A DNA stretch of 64,000 nucleotides from Callorhinchus milii (lineage: Eukaryota). This document shows positions 53,651-64,000 of this stretch, in pieces; within the stretch, counting starts at the first letter, position 1, and every line of letters starts with the position of its first letter. The notes under the pieces were generated by a model that searched no databases, was not told where the DNA came from, and worked only from the letters and a program-made list of their open reading frames with translations. The stretch spans positions 103,232,001 to 103,296,000 of the forward strand of contig NW_024704743.1 of assembly GCF_018977255.1 (NCBI RefSeq), given 5' to 3'. Position numbers and translations under genes: made by a program.

Positions 53651-54769
53651 TGTTGACATAAGATGCAACATAAGGAGATGTGGCTTGGGAGTATAAATTC
53701 AGAATGGAGCAGTGCATACACATGAGCTAGAAAAATGCATGTTCCTGGTAGGGTGGTTGACTTTGTGCTCCAGCCTTGGGAAACTTTTTCCAGTTACATG
53801 GTTGCTAAGTGACGTGGTCTTCTCCCTACCGACCTATCAGAGGGCCCCTCGATGTGGCAGGCTGTGATGGCTGGATAGCGCTAGAGAAGATGTACTCAAA
53901 ATATCTGAGTGCAAACAAACAGGTGCAAACCGCCTCCCTCCCAAACAGATGTTTTGCCCGCAAAACATACATTCAATTCACTTTACAGTATATTCTGTGA
54001 AGCTCTTAGAAATGTCTCGAAGACGTGGTAAGGCATTATATCAAATGCAAGGATTATTACTAATAACTCTTTCAACACATTTGTGTACTGGAATTCTGAC
54101 CCTCATGTCTCTTACTAGCTGAGCCACCAAAGTAGCCTAAGTGCAAGTTAGTTTCTGTACAGCTTTCTTTAAAAAAATAGTGAAACAACTGTGAGTTGTT
54201 TTAAATTATATAATATGCATTTCCGTTAGAAAGTGGAATTATATTCTACCCACTTTTTTTTTTACCAAAAATGTAGGATTTTTTGATTTATTTCAGGACA
54301 TTAACATACCACAATTATTTTGGCTTTGTGCTAGCAGGATTTTGCACAATCACATGTATAAAAGACTTCAAGAACCGAATCCCAGTGTCATTGTGATTCA
54401 TATAACACTGTGCATCCAAGTCACATAAATGTTGATGCAGTACATACAGTGTACTGGTGCCAGAGAGAAATTGGTGCAATAAATTGTGCTGATGCTGAAA
54501 TTATGAGAGCTTCTGTTTTGGCTCTTTCAGGTCCCCATAAGTCAACCAGCTATATTTTATTAGTATTATGATTATGATTATTATTAGATGGTCCACTACC
54601 AATCAATTAATCCATATACTAATAAATAAGTAATAGTAGCAAAGAACTTTTTTTCTTCCATATTTTCAAATTATATCTATGCAACAATGTTTTGATTATT
54701 TTTAGCAAGTGGCCGAATTCATTCAATCTTCCTCCCTCTTTCTTTTCTAGTCAGTTTTGCAAGAACTTA

Positions 54770-55101
54770 TAATAATAATAATTATAATAATAATAATCCT
54801 TGCATTTGATATAGCGCTTTTCACGTCGGGAGGACGTCCCAAAGCGCTTCACAGAACACACCATAAAGTGAATTGACTGTATATATGTGGGCGAACGCGG
54901 CAGCCAATTGCGCAGAGCAATGTCCCACAAACAGTCATAGATTGAAAATGACCCAATTTATTATTGTTTTTGGTTTTGGAGGGATTATTATTAGGCTTGT
55001 GGAGTAAGGAAACTTACCCAAGGCTTCGCCCTGCCTGGAATTGAACTCAGGTCTCTCGCTTGCAAAGCGAGTGCTCTAACCACTGAGCTACTGGACTCCA
55101 C
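54770..55101 (-). mobile_element. Youngest short-form tRNA-Ala SINE
   Basis: Intact head; 3' stem-loop ACGTC-CTCCC-GACGT same as young L2; long (AAT)n. Confidence 0.93.
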
Positions 55102-55809
55102 CAAAAGGATGACAAACAAAACAGCAACAAGAGAAAAAGGAAAAGATGCTCTCCCCACTTTGATCTCCCTCGTCATGTCAGCTGCAAGCAATTCGGACCA
55201 TTGAAATACGCAGTTCATAAATGTTTATTGGTTAACTGTGAGCCAACTATGAAATACCCAATTAGTTTGTCGTCCCGTCAGAAGTCCAAGTAAACTTAAT
55301 ACAACCTACCAGAATCTCATTCTCATTCTCAGTCGAATTTCTACTAGAATTAATAATAATAAATCAAATAATAATAGTAATACTTGCATTTGATTTAAGC
55401 CTTATCACATTGTTGAGATGTTTCAAAATGCTTCACAGGATATACTGCAGTTATGCGATTGTGTGCATTTTGTGTTCAAATTATTTATTAAGTCAACAAA
55501 GTTATCAAACTTCAAATTCATTGCATGCTTCACATCACTGCACAAAAGTTTATTGATTTGGTTTTGTCCTGCGGGTGGGTACCATGCTTGACAGTTATAC
55601 GCCTTGATGCAACCCCATAGGTACAATTTTTATTTTTAAAACAGTCCACAAGGAACAGGTAGAAGGCAACCATCAAATTTAAAAGTTGATACAGTAATGA
55701 TCAAACTACAGAAATGTCAATGTTGCAATAATTGTCTACTAAAGCATTGAACTTTAAATCTGCATGTCATCATGGAATAATAATTAAGTGGCTTTGTGCA
55801 GTTAAAACA

Positions 55810-56142
55810 ATAATAATAAATAATAATCCTTGCATTTGATATAGCGCCTTATCACATCTTCGAGACGTTTCAAAGCGCTTCACAGGATATACTGTAAAGT
55901 GTAGTGATTGTATATTTTGTGGGCAGCCAATTGCACACAGCAATGTCCCACAAACAGTCTTGGATTGAGTGACCAACCTATTATTATAATTTTTTTTGAA
56001 GGAATTATTATCCCCACAAAAGCGAGATCCACCAATCGACTAACAATCGGGTTCCTACTTACTGCTAGGTAAACAGAGGCATGTGCGGAGTGAGGTAACA
56101 TGCCTAAAGTTTTGCCCTACCTGGCCGGGAATCAAACCCAGG
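55810..56142 (-). mobile_element. Long-form SINE lacking its 5' end
   Basis: gggttcctacttactgctaggtaaacagaggc central segment; standard tail. Confidence 0.85.
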
Positions 56143-56863
56143 TAAAATGCAGTAAAGATAGTGATGAAAAGAAATTTGATGTAATAATGCAGCAGATTAG
56201 CATCAAACATGACACTTCCATTCTGTTCATGATCTCTGTTCAGAATAGCCACACTTCAGCAACATCAACATCGTGAAATAATACAGTGCCTTTCATGTAG
56301 GCTAATGTCTTAGGTTGCTTCACAAATGATGGGGTCAGACATCGAGTAAGGAAGGAGAGGGAGCTGGAGCTGGAGATGACAGTTGATGCAGTCGAAGAGG
56401 TAGGTTCTTAGGCTGGATTTGGAAGAGACGAAGCGAGAGGGCAAGATGGAGGGGTAAAGGGAGTGAGTTCTAGAGGTTGGTGAGCAGTTGATGAACCACA
56501 ATGTCAAACAATACCCAATCTGTTCCCACACAAATCTGCAGCATGCATCTTAAAACACATTTGTGCAAGCAAAGTTTTCGACTTGAGTGTGACACAGAGG
56601 GAACAGTAATGGGTCACTGTTGGGACCTAACCAAGGATATGTTGCAGCTGGCTCCTCTTGTTATATGCATTATTACCAAGAGTAGCATGGAGCTCCATTC
56701 GCAGATCCTTGTTTGGATGGCCCAGGACCTCAAGTTGTCTTTCAAGAATATTTTTACTTCCATTCCAATGTTGTTTGTTTCTGTAAATAGCTGGTCACTT
56801 GGCCTATTTATTCACTTGTCATATCAGGCATTGAGAATATTCAGTATATTTTACCTATTCAAT

Positions 56864-57063
56864 ATCCCTCCAAAACCAAAAACAATAATAAATTGGCTAT
56901 TTTCAATCTACGACTGTTTGTGGGACATTGCTGTGCGCAATTGGCTACCGCGTTCGCCCACAAATATACAGTCAATTCACTTTACAATGTGTTCTGTGAA
57001 GCGCTTTGGGACGTCCTCCCGACGTGAAAAGCGCTATATCAAATGCAAGGATAATTATTATTA
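56864..57063 (+). mobile_element. 5'-truncated youngest SINE
   Basis: Near-identical to the reverse complement of 57640-57835. Confidence 0.9.
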
Positions 57064-57621
57064 TCCCAAATACAATATATAGTTGCAATGAAATGACAGA
57101 AGTGAATTCATTAAGTGAAGGTAGATTGCTTTCTTTGAGCAAACGACCCAATCTGTTGAGAGGAGGTGAGCTCCTCACTGCAGTGCATGCAGCATTAATC
57201 CTGAATTCCTAAAAGCTGCTCTGGGTAGGAGGGGAGAGAGGAATGGAGAATGGCAAGTGTCTTACAGATTCAAGCCAAGAATGTTCAAATTTCCAATTCA
57301 CTTGAAGTCTAAGCACTGGTCAGCAGGATTTTCTCTGAGGCATGCACTCAGTGAGTGTTCCAGAGTGCAATTTTGATTTCTATCCACAAGAAGGATGACC
57401 CTCATGAAGTCAAGAAGTACAAAGAGATCTCACTGATTTCAGTGGCTCTTAAAGTGGTGCTTCAGATAGTCACTGCACATGTATTGAACACATGGAGGCT
57501 CAGGGTTTGATCAAGTGGAACAAGCCAGCTTCTGTCTGGTGAGGAATGTCTAGGACAAGTAGTGGTTTTATGTAAGATCAGAGGACATTGAAAGGATAAT
57601 GGGAAAACAAACCTACATTAT

Positions 57622-57950
57622 ATAATAATAATAATAATAATAATAATCCTTGCATTTGATATAGCGCTTTTCACGTCGGGAGGACGTCCCAAAGCGCTTC
57701 ACAGAACACACTGTAAAGTGAATTGACTGTATATTTGTGGGCGAACGCGGCAGCCAATTGCGCACAGCAATGTCCCACAAACAGTCGTAGATTAAAAATG
57801 ACCAATTTATTATTGTTTTTGGTTTTGGAGGGATTATTATTAGGCGTGTGGAGTAAGGAAACTTACCCAAGGCTTCGCCCTGCCTGGAATTGAACTCAGG
57901 TCTCTCGCTTGCAAAGCGAGTGCTCTAACCACTGAGCTACTGGACTCCAC
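57622..57950 (-). mobile_element. Youngest short-form tRNA-Ala SINE
   Basis: Only a handful of differences from 54770-55101. Confidence 0.93.
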
Positions 57951-57999
57951 CAAAAGGATGACAAACAAGGATGACTTGATGCATTTGTTCCAGGCTTTT

Positions 58000-58230
58000 C
58001 TGCTTCTGTTTGAGGACAATATTTTGTTACTGTCGGACATATCTGGGAACTTTTTGCACTAAACTCGCCATTTGAACACAGGCAACTAGTGGATGCCCCC
58101 ATGCAGATTAATGTTCTGCATAGCTCAAGAGAAGATTTCAAAGATACTCATTGGACAATACAAGGGACATCAGTCCCAATTGCTGATTCTTATTGGTACC
58201 TGGGTGTGGTGGTGGACACAAACGTTTACT
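58000..58230 (+). pseudogene. Fossil non-LTR reverse transcriptase fragment, not of the local L2 family
   Basis: LLLFEDNILLLSD (decayed LLFADDIVLLS) at 58000-58038 and WTIQGTSVPIADSYWYLGVVVD about 60 codons downstream in another frame. Confidence 0.55.
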
Positions 58231-58412
58231 TGGACACTGTCCAGAAGGACTATGGAGGGACGAACGGCATTTTGGTTGTATTCATCTCTTCAAGGATAGC
58301 AAGGTCCCAATGCAGGTCAAGCATACAAGACCTGTTTGCAAACAGTTATTTATCTGAGCACTTGGGAGTGCAGCGGAGAAGCTTCTTCTGGCCAATTTGC
58401 AAAGTCCAAGAT

Positions 58413-58831
58413 CAACAACAACAACAACAACAAGATTCCATTTATAGAGCGCCTTTCACGTCAGGAGGACGTCCCAAGGCGCTGCACAGTTGGGTCATGA
58501 CCCGAGCAGGGGGGAAATGGTCAGGGTGAGGGGAGGGAAGGGAGGGAGAGAGGGGGGGGGAAATGGTCAGGGTGAGGGGAGGGAAGGGAGGGAGCGAGGA
58601 GGAGGAAGAGAGTCGAGAGGGGAGCTGAAGGCACGGTCAAAGAGAAAGGTTTTGAGACCGGCCTTGAAGGAGGAAAGGGAGGAAGCAAGGCGAAGGCACT
58701 GGGGGATGGAGTTCCAGAGCCTCGGGGCTGAGAGGCTGAAGGCCCGACCACCGATAGTAGGGCGGTTGGGGCGGGGGAGGTGGAGCAGACCGGAGCCAGA
58801 GGAACGGAGGGTACGGGCAGGTAGGTAGGGA
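58413..58831 (-). mobile_element. Young 5'-truncated L2
   Basis: Near-identical to 1729-2105; duplicated about 45-bp 3' UTR unit; GATCAA at both ends (58410-58415, 58830-58835). Confidence 0.93.
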
Positions 58832-60639
58832 TCAATCAAATCCTCATGGATTTGTGGCAAACATGAGATGCGACTGCAGGGAGGCAAGGCTCCTGTCTAC
58901 AATGACCTGTCGCTGACCATCATGGAGGTAGAGTCAACTTCACAGCGATCACATCTATTTGCCAAAGCTCTCACCTAGTTTTGCACACAACATTCCTGAA
59001 CTCTCAGCTCTAAACTCTTACCTCTTCCTTTTGCATACGACACCACCCTTCCTTGCAACGTGTCCAGTCATTAAACATTCTCTGCATAAAGAACTACTTG
59101 CTGGAGTCTGTTCTGAAATTGCCCTTTGCAACTTTAAATTTACCTTCAGCACCGCAGGACATCTTCCTGATGTAAAAAGCACTATATACGAGCATCCTAA
59201 AGTTTTATTCTGCGTTTACTTTTTAATCCCATTTAAAGTTTTACATCTCTCTCCATAAGATCCTCTTTCACACATCTCCTGAAGAGCCCGAGTGTGTCTA
59301 ATCATTGCTCATAGCTCATTCCTCTGACATTTCTTACCTCTATACCGCTGCATCTGAAGTTCATTGATTTGTCCTGAGCCAATTGATTCAACCTCAAACA
59401 TCGAATTGCAAAGATCTAAACTTTGTTGTAAATTTACAAGAGTAGAGATCAAAGAATGCTGCTGCTCATGGAAAAATTCAGACGCAAGACAGAAACCAAG
59501 AAATTATATTAATTAGGTATTCTCCTTTTTCATGAACATTTTAGCCATTTAGCATGCACATTTAAACAGCAAAGGTTTAAATTGCATAGAGACTCTTCAA
59601 GGTGTCCAAGGAGTCAGCAGCCATCGGTTCTTTATGATAATTACATTATGACGAACTTAAAGATACAATGCATCTTTGAAATGATTGAAAAAAAATCTAC
59701 CCAAAGAATGTGATGAGATACAACAGATATTACTGACACAATCTCCTGGTCTCATCCCCAGAAGCAAAGTTCATTCTACAAATATTACATTTATTGGTTA
59801 GACCTTCCTGGTTGGCATTGCTGATAGCACAAATTACAGCAGTTCAGTTTCAGTCTTGCAAGATACTATTCCATTGATTCCATTAAATGCCTTAAGGCTA
59901 AGTGAGCTTAATGAAAAAAATAAGATACATACAAATGTTTCCTTCATTTTTTATTAGCCCTCATTGAAGTGTTTCCAGTGAGGAAATAAAAATCCAATAA
60001 TGTAAAATGAGAGATTTGATTGTAATCATAATTATATGGCTCCTTTTTGAATACATTTCTCTTTTAAGATATTCTTTTTAGGCTTTTACAATTGCAATAC
60101 ATAATAAATGTCCCCTGCCACAGAACTTAATTTTCCCTCATAGGATGTTAGTTTGTCAGATGTTGTGGAAAAATTCAGGATTAAACAATATTCAGATCCC
60201 AGCAGTCAACTGTACACTCTATTGATGCACTTTTACATTATATTCCTTTCAATAAGGGCCCATTGTGACCATATTAAATATGCAATTTTATACGATTAAT
60301 GGAATCAAATGAACAATAACCCATAATTATTTTATATAATTCCATTAGTTACAATGGTGCAGTTATACTACTATTGCAATCTAGAATTGTGCTGTATTTT
60401 ACAATTTCAAGCATACTAAAAAGAGCAAAAGTATCTCTGCTGTTAGTATTGCAGGATTTATACAAGGAAATCTAGGGACCTCTGCACAAGAGTGGTCTGC
60501 CATCCAAAAATCTGCTATGTTGGTACCTGCAAAATATTTGCTCTATGCAATCGGTTGTCCTTTTCAATCCTCTAGTGAAGGTTACAAACATTTATTGATG
60601 CTAAACAGAGACATTGGATAGAAAATAGAATTGTTGCAA

Positions 60640-60990
60640 TTGATGATGATGATGATGAATTTGGTATTGCATCTTTCACGTCACAAGAACATCCTAAAGT
60701 GCTTCACAGGATTTACTGTAAAGTGGAATTACTGTGTATTTGTAGGCAAATGAGGCAGCCTAAATGCACAATAGTGTCCCACAAACAGTGAAGAAACGAA
60801 TGGCCAGTTTTATCTGGGGAATTGTTAGCCATGATCTGAAGGATGGCACCTGTAACATTTCTACTCATCCCCAGGATTGCATTGAAGTGTCAGTTCAGAG
60901 ACTATGTGAGTTTAAGTCCGGATGTGGTCTTAAACCCACAACTTTCTGACTCAGAGGCGAAAATGCTACCACTGAGGCAGGTTGACACCT
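60640..60990 (-). mobile_element. Old DeuSINE with internal deletion
   Basis: tgtcccacaaacag; atctgaaggatggcacct; ctttctgactcagaggcgaaaatgctaccactgag head. Confidence 0.78.
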
Positions 60991-63347
60991 GATGTATTAG
61001 GGAAGGAGAACAAAAGAGTTCAAACTGGTTTTGATGACTCTGTTGATCCAATGTCTAGTGCTTAACTCAATCAAACAGATTAGGTAGGTTCCAGTTTCGA
61101 TCCCTGGTTTGCACTGAATTGAAAGATCTCACCTGAAGTGATGGCCTGGATTCTGCAATTGATCTCAATATCATTGAGCCAGACAGGAAGACATTGATCT
61201 GATCACTGTACAATACTAATCATAATAATAATCTTTGCATTTTATATGATGCCTTAACACATAACTATTATATCTCAAAGTACTCTACAGGATTGGTATT
61301 GTGAAATTACTGACTGTTTATTTGTAGGCCAATAAATACAATAACCCCTGTTAAAAAATATGCATTTAAAAGTAATAATAATAATCCTTGAATTTGATAT
61401 CGTGCCTTTCATGTCAGGAGAACGTCTCCAAATACTTCACAAGATATACTGTAAAATGTAGTGACTATTTGGCAGGGAAATTGGTCTATATCAGGATCAA
61501 ACTTGACTGAAGTACCACAATAGTTATTATAGCTGATTAACAGTCACTGACAGCTAACATGGCAGAATAACTCTTTATGAAGGAAAACCAGAGTTACTTC
61601 GATTGCAGGAACACCACATGTATAGAAATGTTGCGATTCTGATTTGCCTGACATTCACCAAGTGAAAGTTGCAATCATGCGTATATTTATATATTGGCAC
61701 AATCTTTGATATTCCCTTGTGCCGAGGTGCGTTTTATCAAACATTTCAGCACTTAAGACGGTCTTCTCCTCTAATTTATTTGGAGGTTATTTATTTTTCA
61801 GTGTTCATTTGCTGATGAGAAATCAAACCTACATTCTTCCTGGCCCAAGAATTGTTTTCTCTCATTTGTACCCAAGGTTTTGAGGTTAGAGGTGTAATTG
61901 AAACATCTTCGACCTGAGGTGTAATTAAAGTATGCAATTGATTGATCACCTCATCACATCGTCAAATAGTCTCAAAACACTTCATAGGCGCTACTGCAGA
62001 CTCTAGCGATTGCAGCCAATGTATGCACTGCAATGTCCCTCAAACTGTTTTGGGTTTGGTTCTCCAATCAAATTCAAAAATCCCATCCAATTGGACATAC
62101 TTCATATGGCTAAGTTGCTTTACTGTTGGGGATGTGACAGCTGATCTGGATCCTGTCCTTATCTGATGGTCACACAGAGGGGTCAATTGCTACGAACCAG
62201 AAGTTGAAAACCTGTCTGATTTTGTTTTTGCTTTTCCTCGCTCGAACTGACTAGTCCATCTGCAACAATGCTGCTCCCTTTTGCCAAACTAAGGATTGAA
62301 TTTTGGACTTTATTTGCTCATTTGGTAATTACACAATTGGTTCATTTATTCACTGACCATTTGTAGCCTCAAATTCCTCTTAATATTTTAAGGTCATGCA
62401 AAATTGTAGAATTAGCCTTAATTTTGAAATCTTTTTAAGAGCTGTGGAAAACCTCTTTCCAAATGAATCATCTCATTAAAAATGCATCCTTGAAAAAGTG
62501 ACCCCATTATTTATATTTTCAAACATTTAAAACAAATGGGCTCACAGGCTAAGATTAGGCTACGTTTCTAAGCTCAAGATAACTACTATGATCCAATGAT
62601 AAACTGTCTAACTTCTGAAGTTTTGTTTTACATTTGTGCACCTTGTACATGGTTGTTTTTATACTTTCAATTGAGGAACATGATCCAGAATTGAACTGGT
62701 AAGTGCAGTTTCCAGCAGAACCTAGCAGCACCTAGAATTCAAAAACAATATAAACGTCTAGCCGTTTGTTGTACTTCGAAGGTTGGAGCATGTGTTATTG
62801 ACTGAAACACAACAAAAATAACGCCTTACACTATAGAGATATTTGTTGATCCTATGTAAGAGGCAGAATCATTGTATAGCTCTCAGAAAAACAACTTCTG
62901 AGGCTTGGAACAGTAAATCATCAGTCCCTGCTTTTGCAGAATCTATTCCAGCCTGATCTGATACTTAATTTCTGTTTGTTATGACTAAACCTCTGCAGAG
63001 GGATGAACAATAAGCATTTGATGATGAAAGTGATATGAAACTCTGGAGATTCAGTGGATGAATGTTCTAACTATTATGGAAATATTTAATTGAACATGCA
63101 GCATTGAAAACATGACCCCATAGTCTATATGACTGCCTCGAAGACAAATTTGAAGAAAACCTTTTTTTCATATACAGTTAGGTTTGTTTGATCCTATATT
63201 GATCAAACACATATTTTGATTTTTTCATATTTTAATGCAGCATGTCAGTATTATCTAGTAATAAATTATTTTTGCTCTACTTTGAAAATCTGAACACTTG
63301 TGAGATAATGGTTTTGCTCTATTTGATGAGACAACTCTTCGCAATGT

Positions 63348-63699
63348 AATAATAATATAATAATACTTCCATTTGATATAGTGCCTTATCAAGTCTTCAA
63401 GATGTCTCAAGGTGCTTCACAGAATATACTGTAAAGTGAATTGATTGTATTTTGTGGCAAAATGTGGCAGCCAATTGCAAACAGTCATGGATTCACTGAC
63501 CAATTTATTATTATTATTTTTTTCATGGAATTACTACCCCCGGTAAAGCGATTCGCCAACCGACTGACAACCGGGTTCTTATTTATTGCTAGATAAACAG
63601 AGATGTGTGAAGTAAGGAAACTTGGCCAACATTTTGGCCTGCTGGGAATCAAACCCAGGTCTCTTGCTTGTTCTAAACACTGAGCTACAGGACTCCACA
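63348..63699 (-). mobile_element. Long-form tRNA-headed SINE
   Basis: cactgagctacaggactccac head end; caaccgggttcttatttattgctagataaacagag central segment; tail. Confidence 0.88.
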
Positions 63700-64000
63700 A
63701 TGTTAAACACACAAGATGTAAAAGGCTGGTATTTCAGGGCACAGTTCAGCACCGAGACAACATGCTGGGAGACTGTGTATGTGAGGGCCAGAGAGCTTCA
63801 AACCATTATTAGGGGCAGGCCAGAACTGTTAAGACAAGATTGAATCAACTCTCACTTCCTCTAACTCCTCTCATGGGACAATCATTCTAGGTTCACAGTT
63901 AGCTTCACTCATATCAGCAGATTTATAGAGATGTTAGTGATTTGAAGACTGAATGATAAACAAAGTGAACTCCACAATCGCACTGCAGCCACAGTCTAGA

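Noticed and set aside
56500..56760. Possible antisense RTE-type C-terminal remnant (LKDNLRSWAI)
   Set aside because: Similarity too weak to call by eye

Overview
AT-rich, repeat-dense vertebrate genomic DNA with no recognisable host protein-coding exon. The repeat set points to a cartilaginous fish, most likely a chimaera such as Callorhinchus (inference from repeat families only). Nearly all long ORFs in the track are L2-LINE sense, antisense or off-frame readings, or SINE readings. Contents: (1) many L2-clade LINE copies with (TTG)n tails, including a 2.75 kb copy with an RT ORF and an internally deleted copy that keeps both ends; (2) an old DeuSINE (SacSINE1-like) family and a younger tRNA-Ala-headed SINE in long and short forms, whose youngest copies carry the same 3' stem-loop core as the youngest L2; (3) CR1 fragments; (4) two Penelope-like fold-back remnants with hammerhead ribozyme motifs, one with a GIY-YIG fragment; (5) MITE-like elements with GGG(G)-AAAT(T)-type termini; (6) two unnamed old dispersed repeats and two faint LINE fossils of other clades; (7) a CpG-retaining segment at about 350-770 with three ZNF143/Staf-type sites between divergent splice donors, a candidate bidirectional promoter. 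I found no convincing previously undescribed system. The best leads are the promoter, the ribozyme-bearing Penelope hairpins and the SINE/LINE tail co-evolution. Coordinates were read by eye; ends of old repeats are approximate.
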